Shown one piece after another: positions 38,131-47,538 of a stretch of DNA of 64,000 nt. The position numbers and the translations under genes were made by a program. The stretch comes from Thermoplasmatota archaeon (GTDB taxonomy: Archaea; Thermoplasmatota; Penumbrarchaeia; Penumbrarchaeales; Penumbrarchaeaceae). The notes beneath the pieces are model-generated. The model searched no databases, had not been told where the DNA came from, and worked only from the letters and a program-made list of their open reading frames with translations. The stretch lies in assembly GCA_029762535.1 (NCBI GenBank), contig JARVGK010000001.1, positions 32,368 to 96,367 on the forward strand, given 5' to 3'. Within the stretch, counting starts at the first letter, position 1. Each line of letters opens with the position of its first letter.

Positions 38131-40352
38131 CCGTAATATGTAAGGCCTTTATCTTCTTTCTCCTTCTTATTAATTCCGCCCTTCCAATCGTCCATCAATC
38201 GTTTGTAAGCATCGATGGTCGCCTGGTCGACGGAAGGTTTGATCTCGGATAGGGCCTGCTGGAAATCGACCAAACCCACGAAGGTCGAGCTCAGATCGTT
38301 CCTAAGAGCATGAAGGGCCGCTTCACGGCACACTCCCTCAAGGTCGGCCCCTGTATATCCCTCCGTCCGATCGGCGATGTCCTCCAACGAAACATCCCCG
38401 GCCAAGGGCATGTCCCTGGTGTGGATCCTCAATATCTCGAGCCTCTCGTCCTTCGAGGGGGGTCCTATGAAAAGCATCCTGTCGAACCTTCCGGTCCGCA
38501 GGAGGGCCGGGTCGAGCATATCTGGCCTGTTGGTAGCGGCCAGAACCATCACTCCCCGCATATCCTCGATCCCGTCCATAGATGTGAGTATCTGGTTCAC
38601 AAGCCGTTCCTGGACGCTGCTGCTCGAGGACATTGTCCTCTTGGGAGCGATCGAGTCTATCTCGTCGAGGAATACTATACAAGGTGATACCTGTCGGGCC
38701 TTCTTGAATATGTCTCTGACGGCCTTTTCGGAGTCGCCGACCCATTTCGAGAGAACCTCCGGACCTTTTATCGATATGAAATTGGCCCTGCTCTCCGTTG
38801 CCACCGCCCGCGCTAGCAGGGTCTTGCCCGTTCCCGGCGGTCCAAAGAGCAGTATCCCGCTCGGTGGTTTGATCCCCATCCTGCTGAAGACCTCCGGATG
38901 AGAGAGGGGCCATTCGACCGCCTCCTTCAGCATCTCCTTTACCGATGATAGGCCTCCGACGGAAGACCATGGGACCTTGGGGACCTCTATCATCACTTCT
39001 CTTATTGACGAGGGCTCGATCTCCTTCAGGGCCTCGTGGAAATCGTCCATGGAGACCACGAGCCTTTCGAGCAGGTCGGTGGAAACGGGCTTCTCCAGGT
39101 CTATGTCGGGCAGGTTCCTCCTTAGGCATTTCATGGCGGCCTCGCGGGTGAGGGCGGCCATGTCCGCGCCGACGAATCCGTGGGTCATGTCAGAGAGCTC
39201 CTCGAGGTCCACCTTCTCGTCCATGGGCATGTTCCTCGTGTGGACCTGAAGGACCTCTATCCGTGAGTTCCTATCCGGGACCCCGATCTCTATTTCCCTG
39301 TCGAACCTGCCCGGCCGCCTGAGGGCCGGATCCATGTCGTTGACCCTGTTCGTGGCGGCGATGACTATCAATCTTCCCCTCTCGTCAAGGCCGTCCATCA
39401 GCGTCAGGAGCTGGGCAACGACCCTCCTTTCCACCTCACCTTTCACATCGTCGCGCTTGGGAGCTATGGAATCGATCTCATCTATGAAGATCACGGCCGG
39501 AAGGTTCTCCTGAGCCTCCCTGAAGCGGTCCCGTAGGTTCTGCTCCGTCTGCCCGTAGTACTTGTTCATGATCTCAGGGCCCTGTATGGAGAAGAAGTTC
39601 GCACCGCTCTCGGATGCGACCGCTTTGGCTATGAGGGTCTTTCCCGTTCCCGGGGGGCCGTGGAGCAGCACTCCCTTGGGAGGGCTGATTCCAAGCCTGT
39701 CGAACAGCTCTGGGCTCTTCATCGGCAGCTCGATGATCTCTCTGACCCGTTTGAGCTCCTCTTTGAGCCCTCCGATGTCCTCGTATGCCACTGAGGGTAT
39801 GCTCTCCTCCTTATGCGTCTCCTTTGCGATCTTGATCTCGGTATCCGATCCGATCTGGACTATGCCCGAGGGTTTCGTCGTCTGGACGATGAACGGCAGC
39901 TGATTCCCCATCAATGCGATTCCCTGGATTATCAGCGTATCGTCCTTGTGAAGGGGTCTCTTCAGCAGCGCCTTCCTGACGAAATCCTCGATACCGTTCG
40001 CGAACCGAATATGGGACAGGTTTCCGATCGCCGGCGAGATCACCACCTTCTCAGCTGGTTTGGGATCGATCTTCTTGACCGTTACCCTGTCGCCGATGGA
40101 TACCTCGGCGTTCTTCCTGGTCAGACCGTCTATTCGGATTATGTCCCTGTTCTCGTCCTGCACTGGGGCCCGCCATACTACCGCCGCGGTCTCCCTCTTA
40201 CCATTGATACTGATTATGTCCCCTGGGGATATACCCAGCTCCTCCCGGGCCTGGGAAGTGAGCCGTGCACGGGAGTAGCCTACATCGTTCTTCAAGGTCG
40301 GTTCGACCTTGAGCGTCACCTTTTTCTCCAAGTTCACACCCCATTTGCACAA
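38127..40352 (-). CDS. cdc48: Cdc48/VCP-like AAA+ ATPase (N domain plus D1 and D2 AAA domains)
   Basis: Two Walker A (GPPGTGKTL twice), Walker B ([16 protein letters not shown]), second-region-of-homology arginines; 741 aa. Confidence 0.95.
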
Positions 40353-40389
40353 GGGTATTGTCCCTTGCTTGTTTATGATACTTTTTCTC

Positions 40390-41034
40390 CTATTGGTCGG
40401 ATGCGTTCTCCAGGTTCAGGCGTCTTCCCTTGATCCTGGCGATCCTCATGGCCGAGTCACGATGTGTGTCCACGGGCTTCACTGATGTGTCCCTCTCGTC
40501 GACCATCTCGATGATGTCCCTGAAGCGGTCCAGGGCCGAGATGATCCTATCTCTGTTCGACGGGTCCCCATCCCCGATGCGGATCACAGAGCTTCTGGGA
40601 AGCAGTGATCCGACCGATGCCTTGAACTTCACCGGTACATTTCCGGGTTCCGTGGTGGTGGAAGAGTTTATTAGGACCCCATCGGCCAGGACGGCAAGGC
40701 CTATCCTCAGTCCGGGATCTATGCCGAAGGCCATCCGGCGGGGTTTGAAAACCCCCTTTGCCTTGGCAACGGCCCTGCTCACCGTCATGTGAGGGTCCCT
40801 CATCGGACGAAGTATGGGCGGCCTTCCGGCAGCGAAAACGGGCCTGTCCCCCTCAACGATAGCGGCATCCACGCGCCTATCGACCCTCTCACCGGGTGCG
40901 AGGAGAATATAACCGATCCCCCTTTCTTTGAATGCTTTCACGAGATCGAAGACCTTGGAGAAATCACTCGTACACACGGCGAAGGTCAAACCATCACCCA
41001 TCGGTCGTCGGCCCCTACCGCTCTTTGCCATCAC
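40390..41034 (-). CDS. protein with C-terminal YqgF/RuvC-like (RNase H-fold) domain
   Basis: MAFGIDPGLRIGLAVLADGVLI ... IRIGDGDP ... VDERDTS parallels YqgF GlDlGtkriGvAv...GlP...DERlST; N-terminal ~90 aa unknown. Confidence 0.45.
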   Translation of the reverse strand: MMAKSGRGRRPMGDGLTFAVCTSDFSKVFDLVKAFKERGIGYILLAPGERVDRRVDAAIVEGDRPVFAAGRPPILRPMRDPHMTVSRAVAKAKGVFKPRRMAFGIDPGLRIGLAVLADGVLINSSTTTEPGNVPVKFKASVGSLLPRSSVIRIGDGDPSNRDRIISALDRFRDIIEMVDERDTSVKPVDTHRDSAMRIARIKGRRLNLENASDQ

Positions 41035-41605
41035 CGTTCCCCTTCGGTTCGTACTCGACTGCTATGATCCTGAATTTTCTGCCCTCGCCCTTCTTCTTTT
41101 TAGGCGCTTTTTTCTTTTTGGAGACGACCGCGAATTCCAGCGTCATCTCGGTAGGTTCGTCGCGCTCCTCAGAAGGATCCTCGATCACCTGCGCATCGAC
41201 GATCTCCTCGGCCATGGCGATCTTTCTCTGGAACTTCCTGTCCCTGATGAATACCTCCTTCATGCTGCGGAGCACCCTTTTCATCTTGCCATCCAGGTCC
41301 CTCTCCTCTTCCTCTATGATGAAATCGTCGAACCCCTCCTCATCGATGATGATAGCGTCGGCCGTTCTCCCATTATCGGATGAAAAACCATCATCGAACC
41401 GATCCTGCCTGGGATGGTCGAGCAGAGCTGATTTCGCCTCGTTTAGAAGCCTCATTATCTCCTCGCCCTCCTTTCTCACCGCAGGAGGCAGTTCGCTCAT
41501 CTTGTCCGGGTGATAGACCTCGGCCATCCGCCTGTATGCTATCTTGATCTCTTTGGGAGAGGCGTTTTGCGGTATCGAGAGCAATCTATAGTAATCAACG
41601 GTCAA
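41015..41605 (-). CDS. J-domain (DnaJ-like) protein with acidic middle and Lys-rich C-terminus
   Basis: DYYRLLSIPQNASPKEIKIAYRRMAEVYHPDK with the HPD tripeptide; no Gly/Phe or zinc-finger regions of full DnaJ. Confidence 0.8.
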   Translation of the reverse strand: MTVDYYRLLSIPQNASPKEIKIAYRRMAEVYHPDKMSELPPAVRKEGEEIMRLLNEAKSALLDHPRQDRFDDGFSSDNGRTADAIIIDEEGFDDFIIEEEERDLDGKMKRVLRSMKEVFIRDRKFQRKIAMAEEIVDAQVIEDPSEERDEPTEMTLEFAVVSKKKKAPKKKKGEGRKFRIIAVEYEPKGNGDGKER

Positions 41606-41758
41606 GTGTCATCCTCCGCGCGTGACAATACACGGACGTATCAGGGCCTGTATCTGTTGATTTGGTCTATAATATCTTCCATGCTGGCAGCTGATGGGCG
41701 CGGAACCCGCAAACATTGGGCCCCCCGGGCAATTTAATTAACTTGTAAGTGTATAGGT

Positions 41759-42163
41759 GTGGGGAAAGATATCATGAGATCGGTCGGAAAGGTAATGAGC
41801 TTCTCAGCGACGGGGGCCATAGTCATCAGGTCGGATTCGGCACCTCGAATAGGAGGCAAAGTATGTGATATGAGAGGAAGGGAGATCGGCAGGATAATCA
41901 GGGTAACGGGTCCTGTCGCAAGACCGTATACCATCGTCAAGCCTCTCAAGGACCTGCCCGATGGGATGAACCGCTTGATCGGAAGGGAGCTGTATCTCTC
42001 CGAGATGCCGGAGAAGCGAAGTACGGTAAGCCACGTACGCAGGGATGAGAGAAAACCCAGGGCCGGGAACGATCCGCCTCGTTCCAAGAGCTACGGAAAA
42101 AGGAGCGGGGCCGCCCCAAACAAGAGGCAGGACCGCAGGAGTAAATGGAACCCCCGAGGTTGA
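41759..42163 (+). CDS. gar1: H/ACA ribonucleoprotein complex subunit Gar1
   Basis: MRSVGKVMSFSATGAIVIRSD...IGGKVCDMRGREIGRIIRVTGPVARPYTIV; basic RG/K-rich tail; likely ATG start at 41774. Confidence 0.75.
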   Translation: MGKDIMRSVGKVMSFSATGAIVIRSDSAPRIGGKVCDMRGREIGRIIRVTGPVARPYTIVKPLKDLPDGMNRLIGRELYLSEMPEKRSTVSHVRRDERKPRAGNDPPRSKSYGKRSGAAPNKRQDRRSKWNPRG

Positions 42164-42203
42164 CTATTTATAGTGGAGCTTCAAATCACATGAGGGTGTT
42201 GAA

Positions 42204-42596
42204 ATGGTCGAGAACCACGAGCTATACTTCCACGGTAGGCCCGATCCCGCTTCAGGCCAGATATCGATCGGTCTTGTTCTTGTAAAACAGGGAAGGGTTT
42301 TGGACACGATGAACGGGAGCGTCTCATATTCAGGCAGCCGGGAGAAGGCGCAGTGGGAGGCACTCGTACAGGGCATGTTATTCGCCTCCTCCCATGATGT
42401 CAGAAGGCTGATCATGAAGGGCGATTCGAAATACGTCATCAACTATATGAACGGTGAAATGCCCAGAAGGGATTTCACAGAGATGGAGCATCTCCTTATA
42501 GCGAGGAAGAAGCAGCTCCTTTTCGATCAATGCTTCTTCCAATGGGTCCCCGAGAGCGCCAATTCCCAGGCGATACAACTTTCGAGGTCCGCTTGA
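42204..42596 (+). CDS. small RNase H-like-fold protein (possibly degenerate catalytic residues)
   Basis: LYFHGRPDPASGQISIGLVLV...SREKAQWEALVQGMLFA...KGDSKYVINYMNG resembles RNase HI layout but DGS reads HGR. Confidence 0.3.
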   Translation: MVENHELYFHGRPDPASGQISIGLVLVKQGRVLDTMNGSVSYSGSREKAQWEALVQGMLFASSHDVRRLIMKGDSKYVINYMNGEMPRRDFTEMEHLLIARKKQLLFDQCFFQWVPESANSQAIQLSRSA

Positions 42597-42677
42597 GAGG
42601 TCGGACATTCCAGTGTCGGGGTTAAGGTTTAATGCCTGAGGCCCATCTACCGTTCCACTTCCGGAGATGATAAGCAG

Positions 42678-44132
42678 ATGAGGCTAAGGTTGTTCAACAC
42701 CCGAAGCATGGAAAAGGAGGATTTCGTGCCACTCGAGGAGGGCTGCGTAAGGATGTACGTTTGCGGCCCTACCGTGTATGACAACTGTCACGTCGGACAT
42801 GCAAGGAGCTATGTGGCCTTCGATGTTCTGAGGAGTTATCTCTCGTACAACGGCCTGACCGTGACATACGTTCAGAACTTCACGGATGTGGACGACAAGA
42901 TCATCAACAGGGCGCGAGAGAGGGGCATCCCGCCTCTGGTATTGTCCGAGCAATACATCCAGGAATACTTCGAGGACATGGGCGCTCTGAACGTTCAGAG
43001 GGCGACCATACACCCGAAGGCCTCGGAAACGATCCCGGACATGATAAACATCATATCCTCTCTGATCGGGAAGGGTTACGCCTACGAGGTCAACGGCTCC
43101 GTGTATTTCGAGGTCGAGAAGGCCAAGGAGAGGTTCGGACAGCTCAGACATCAGTCCCTGGACGATATGAGGGACGGAGCAAGGATCGAGGTCGATGAGG
43201 AGAAGAGGAGCCCCAAGGACTTCGCACTTTGGAAAAGGGCGAAGGAAGGGGAGATCTCCTGGGATTCCCCCTGGGGCAGGGGCAGGCCAGGATGGCATAT
43301 CGAATGTTCGACGATGTCCACCAAATACCTGGGAGACACGATAGATATCCACGGCGGGGGGATGGACCTGGTGTTCCCGCATCACGAATCGGAGATCCTC
43401 CAGTCGGAATCTTACAGCGGACAACAGTTCGTCCGTTACTGGGTACACAACGGTTTCGTTCAGATAGACAGTGAGAAGATGTCCAAATCCCTGGGGAACT
43501 TCTTCACGATCAAGGACGTCCTGGAACGCTTCGAACCCATGGTGCTGAGGTTCTTCCTTCTCTATACTCATTACAGGTCTCCAATAGATTTCTCGGATCA
43601 GGCCTTAGAAGAGGCGGGAAGGGCTCTCGAAAGACTCAGGTCCATGTACGGTTATCTGAAGAAGGCCGTGGGATCGGTCGAGGAGGGCGTCACCCCCGAT
43701 CTGGGAGAACCGTCCGAAAAGGCCGTAAGGGCCGCGTTCGAAATAAAGAAAGCCTTCATGGAAGCTATGGACGACGATCTCAACACAAGGGTCGCCATTG
43801 TCCAGTTGTTCCGTCTCGATGACGAGGTGAAGGCGATGAGGTCGGAAGCCGATCTGGATAAGGCGAGCGCTCACATGCTCATGTCCCTGCTCGAGGAGCT
43901 CTCAGGCGTTCTGGGGCTTTCCTTCGATGTCAGGGAGGAGGCCAAGGAAGCGGATCCTGACATACTACGCTCGCTCATCGAACTTTTATTGGAGGTGAGG
44001 AACGATGCGAGGAAGAACAAGGACTGGAGAACAGCGGATCTGATCCGGGACAGGCTTGGTTCTTTGGGGGTAAGGATCGAGGACACTGGGGAGGGCACGT
44101 CCTTCACGATCTCGAAACGGGCCGCCAAATGA
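42678..44132 (+). CDS. cysS: cysteinyl-tRNA synthetase
   Basis: CGPTVYDNCHVGHARS (HIGH) and KMSKSLGN (KMSKS); 484 aa. Confidence 0.95.
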   Translation: MRLRLFNTRSMEKEDFVPLEEGCVRMYVCGPTVYDNCHVGHARSYVAFDVLRSYLSYNGLTVTYVQNFTDVDDKIINRARERGIPPLVLSEQYIQEYFEDMGALNVQRATIHPKASETIPDMINIISSLIGKGYAYEVNGSVYFEVEKAKERFGQLRHQSLDDMRDGARIEVDEEKRSPKDFALWKRAKEGEISWDSPWGRGRPGWHIECSTMSTKYLGDTIDIHGGGMDLVFPHHESEILQSESYSGQQFVRYWVHNGFVQIDSEKMSKSLGNFFTIKDVLERFEPMVLRFFLLYTHYRSPIDFSDQALEEAGRALERLRSMYGYLKKAVGSVEEGVTPDLGEPSEKAVRAAFEIKKAFMEAMDDDLNTRVAIVQLFRLDDEVKAMRSEADLDKASAHMLMSLLEELSGVLGLSFDVREEAKEADPDILRSLIELLLEVRNDARKNKDWRTADLIRDRLGSLGVRIEDTGEGTSFTISKRAAK

Positions 44133-44257
44133 TGACATTCCACACCTGTGGCGCGTTTCTCTTTGACATATATCATGACACATTTAGGGTAATCCTTTTT
44201 AATTCTCGGGGTCAAACCCTATGCAGCGATCGAAGGAAGGTCCACACAGGTGTTGAG

Positions 44258-47200
44258 ATGAAACTGGGAAACGCACGATCGGCAGCCGCCCTGGCCATTC
44301 TATTGCTAATGACCCTCCTGCCCGTTGGCCCCATGATATCGGGGGCGGGATCAGGGGTGTTTGAGGGGGATATCGAAGAGCAGGAGATCGCCGATCAGTT
44401 ATCCTCCAGGCTCGTTTCGATGGGTTTCAGACCGAGGCATCCATACCATGGTTCCAATTTCATACAGACCCCCTCTCCCGCGCCCGAAGGGGCCCGGATA
44501 CATCCTACCGGAACCGCATCTATCGAAATGCACTCCTCTTCAACAAGATACAGCTGGGAAAGTTACTATTCAGATGATATTCTGGACGTCTATGTGGATA
44601 CCAGCACATCCGGCGGAGGCTCCCTATCCTCTCAGGAGGAGACCTTGCTCGACGCGGTAATAACCGATTTCATAGATTACTCCTATCCCAGGGTCAAGGA
44701 CTGGTATGATCCGCTGAACAGGGTGTCCAGCGTGACCTTCTACATCCACCAGATCGACGGGAGGAGCGGCACGGGCGGTTATTATTCGCCGGGTACCGAC
44801 GAGTTCCACATCGACAGGGCCGACATGGACTGGGCAGGGGAGATCGCCGCCCACGAGTTCCAGCATTACATACACGACAAGTACGACCGCTACGAGAACC
44901 TGTGGATAAACGAGGGAATGTCCGATCATGCCGCCTTCCTCGTTTACGGATACGCCTCCGTCCTGTCGAGCCATCTCGCCGTATATTTCAACTACTATCC
45001 TTATACGACCCTGCCGATAGACGATTACAGTTTCTACAGGGATGGCACCACCAGATACTACGGCGTCGCCTTCGCCTATCAGCTATACATGACCCATCAT
45101 TACGGGGGCAAGAACTGGTCAAGGGCCCTTATCAGGTCCTCTCAGAGTGGCATCTCAGGCGTGAACTCGGCACTGTCAACTCTGGGGCACACGGACCGCT
45201 TCCAGGACACCTTCGAAAAATGGATGGTCGCCTCCAGGGTGAACGACAAGGACGCCGGCAACAACGGCGAATATTCCTATGCCACCAGAAACTATCCTTA
45301 CGGCACCCTCCAGACGAAACTTATGGGGTCCTACAGTGGGATCCCGGTCGAGTCGGACGGTCAGATAGGACCCTACGGGCCCCAGTCCTTCAGGTTCACC
45401 TCATCAGCTGGATCGGCCAACACCTACAGGCTGTCGGTGGAGGTATCCAAAGGGTCCCTGTCCTTCGCTGTATATCCTGAGGTCTCGACCTTACCGAGGC
45501 AGGTTACCCTCATAAACTCCGATAGTGGATCGGCCATCTTCGATCTCGATGGATGGGGGAAGGACTTTCAGGCGTTCCAGGTGATCGTCTCGACCACCTC
45601 TTTGGCCGACCTCTCCATCGAACTGGACATACTCGATCTCGAGCCGCCGGTCACGATGTTCGGGATCAATCCTCCCTTACCCGACGGGGATGACGGATGG
45701 TTTATCTCGAAACCGTTGATAACGATGGCGACCGAGTCCGGAGCCACTACCCACTACAGGATAGATCAAGGACCGGAGATGCTTTACAACCAGCCCGTTT
45801 ACCTCGATGACGGGGTTCACACGTTCTCATACTGGTCCATTGACAAGAAAGGCAACGTCGAGGAAGCCAGACATGTCGATCTGAAGATCGACACGGAGGT
45901 TCCGAAGACCTCCATAAGCATAGACCCTGCCGTGCCGGACGGATATTGGTATACGGCCACCCCAACAATAACCCTCGGGACCGATCATCCTGATTCTTCC
46001 ATACACTACAGATGGGACCAGGAGGATTTCGTTCTTTACAGTTCACCGATCAAGGCACCGGAGGGGGAACATCAGCTTTCATGGAGGGCTGTCGACCAGG
46101 CGGGCAACCAGGAAACTCCCGGGAACATGCTTTTCAAGGTCGATACTCTGAGACCGACCCTGTCCTATTCCATTTATCCCTCGGAACCCGACGGGATGAA
46201 CGGCTGGTACGCGTCGGCTCCAAGGATCACCCTCTCGGGCGATGCCCAGGATACGATATATTTCGCCATGGGAAGCAACGATTACTCCAGATACTCCTCG
46301 GGTATCGTGATGCCCGAAGGCATCACGAACTTCAGGGCCGTATCGATGGACCAGGCCGGCAACAGAGGTGAGGAGCTGTTGATGCAGTTCAAGGTGGACA
46401 CGATAAGGCCCAAGCTCACCTGGTCCATGGAGGGTTTCAACTACATGCTGGACAACGCGAGCCAATGGTTCAATGCCCGCCCCGTCATCGATATCCAGTC
46501 CTCCGAAGGCGGGACCAGCATCACTTATTTGCTCAACGATGAGGAAAGATCATATGATGGGCCGATCGTTATTGATGAAGGGCACAATGAGATATGGGTC
46601 CATGCACGGGACAAGGCCGGGAACGAGGCGGAACCGCTTTTCTTCATAATCAAGATCGATACTAAGGCCCCGGTGGTCCGAAGCGAACTGGGCCCACCCT
46701 CGGACAACGGTTGGTACAACGATATGAACATGAAGGTGGAGCTCGAACTGGTTGGAGAGGACGACAGGTCCTCGCCGGCGACCCTTCATTACGCCTGGGG
46801 CGATGCGGAATACAGGACCTACAGGGACGCGATCCCGGTACCCGAAGGCATCAACACGTTGAGATACTTCGCCAGGGACTCTGCAGGGAACGTCCTGAAG
46901 ATAGAGAGCATCGAGGTCAAGAAGGACACCATTCGCCCGGAAGCGGCCATGGAACTCGTCGATGTGACGAACCAGACGATACTGGTCGGCGGCGAGTTGA
47001 TAGTCGATATGAGCGGATCGAGGGACTCGACATCGAACCTCCAATTCCAGTTCGATCTCGGGGACGGGACCATCATCTCGTGGCGCAGCACGTCATCTGC
47101 CTCCCATAGTTATTCGGAAGCGGGGACATATACGATAAAGGGATGGGTCAAGGACAGCGCCGGGAACGTTGCCGAGATCGAGCGAACGATCAATGTGGTC

Positions 47201-47338
47201 GAAGAGGAGATCCCGGCCGTTGATCGGGAAACGGGAACCAACCCGTTACTCCTGGCAGGAGGGGCGGTCCTTCTGGTCCTGCTTCTGGTGATCATAGCCC
47301 TCCTGGCAGTCATCCTCGTGCGAAGGCGCAATGCCTGA
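44258..47338 (+). CDS. surface-anchored zinc metalloprotease (thermolysin-like HExxH + E) with tandem Ig-like repeats, a PKD domain and C-terminal TM
   Basis: Start MKLGNARSAAALAILLLMTLLPVGP (signal peptide) after AGGTGTTGAG; HEFQHYIHDKYDRYENLWINEGMSDHAAF parallels thermolysin HELTH...NEAISD; repeats YRIDQGPEMLYNQPVYLDDGVHTFSYWSIDKKGNVE / HYRWDQEDFVLYSSPIKAPEGEHQLSWRAVDQAGNQE / LHYAWGDAEYRTYRDAIPVPEGINTLRYFARDSAGNV; TM LLLAGGAVLLVLLLVIIALLAVILV. Confidence 0.7.
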   Translation: MKLGNARSAAALAILLLMTLLPVGPMISGAGSGVFEGDIEEQEIADQLSSRLVSMGFRPRHPYHGSNFIQTPSPAPEGARIHPTGTASIEMHSSSTRYSWESYYSDDILDVYVDTSTSGGGSLSSQEETLLDAVITDFIDYSYPRVKDWYDPLNRVSSVTFYIHQIDGRSGTGGYYSPGTDEFHIDRADMDWAGEIAAHEFQHYIHDKYDRYENLWINEGMSDHAAFLVYGYASVLSSHLAVYFNYYPYTTLPIDDYSFYRDGTTRYYGVAFAYQLYMTHHYGGKNWSRALIRSSQSGISGVNSALSTLGHTDRFQDTFEKWMVASRVNDKDAGNNGEYSYATRNYPYGTLQTKLMGSYSGIPVESDGQIGPYGPQSFRFTSSAGSANTYRLSVEVSKGSLSFAVYPEVSTLPRQVTLINSDSGSAIFDLDGWGKDFQAFQVIVSTTSLADLSIELDILDLEPPVTMFGINPPLPDGDDGWFISKPLITMATESGATTHYRIDQGPEMLYNQPVYLDDGVHTFSYWSIDKKGNVEEARHVDLKIDTEVPKTSISIDPAVPDGYWYTATPTITLGTDHPDSSIHYRWDQEDFVLYSSPIKAPEGEHQLSWRAVDQAGNQETPGNMLFKVDTLRPTLSYSIYPSEPDGMNGWYASAPRITLSGDAQDTIYFAMGSNDYSRYSSGIVMPEGITNFRAVSMDQAGNRGEELLMQFKVDTIRPKLTWSMEGFNYMLDNASQWFNARPVIDIQSSEGGTSITYLLNDEERSYDGPIVIDEGHNEIWVHARDKAGNEAEPLFFIIKIDTKAPVVRSELGPPSDNGWYNDMNMKVELELVGEDDRSSPATLHYAWGDAEYRTYRDAIPVPEGINTLRYFARDSAGNVLKIESIEVKKDTIRPEAAMELVDVTNQTILVGGELIVDMSGSRDSTSNLQFQFDLGDGTIISWRSTSSASHSYSEAGTYTIKGWVKDSAGNVAEIERTINVVEEEIPAVDRETGTNPLLLAGGAVLLVLLLVIIALLAVILVRRRNA
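45650..46960 (+). repeat. about five tandem ~85-aa Ig-like (chitobiase-C/Big-like) domain repeats inside the metalloprotease gene
   Basis: Recurring Y..W.....Y..P(I/V)...EG.H.(L/F).(W/Y)...D.AGN.E units; approximate boundaries. Confidence 0.45.
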
Positions 47339-47466
47339 TCGTGAATGGAAGCTGGGATGATGGTTCTATCCTATTATTCGTTGAGTTCATTCCCCGAACC
47401 AGCGGAAAGGGCGGGGTCATGGCTGAAAAAAATGAGATATCCACGCCCCTTTTGGAAGCGACAAAG

Positions 47467-47476
47467 TTTTATATAA
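47467..47476 (+). promoter_or_regulatory. TATA box (ttttatataa) ~65 bp upstream of the giant surface-protein gene
   Basis: Sole strong AT-rich octamer in the 200-bp spacer. Confidence 0.35.
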
Positions 47477-47538
47477 CACAAAGTGGATTCATCAGAGCCC
47501 AATCCTATAGAGGTTGCTTTGGCTTGCTTGGGTCATAG

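Noticed and set aside
38338-39129. 263-aa minus-strand ORF ([16 protein letters not shown]...) and several 100-200-aa ORFs on both strands inside the cdc48 region
   Set aside because: They are alternative frames of the strongly supported Cdc48 coding sequence. Their Arg/Gly/Pro-rich low-complexity composition is typical of out-of-frame translation of GC-rich DNA.
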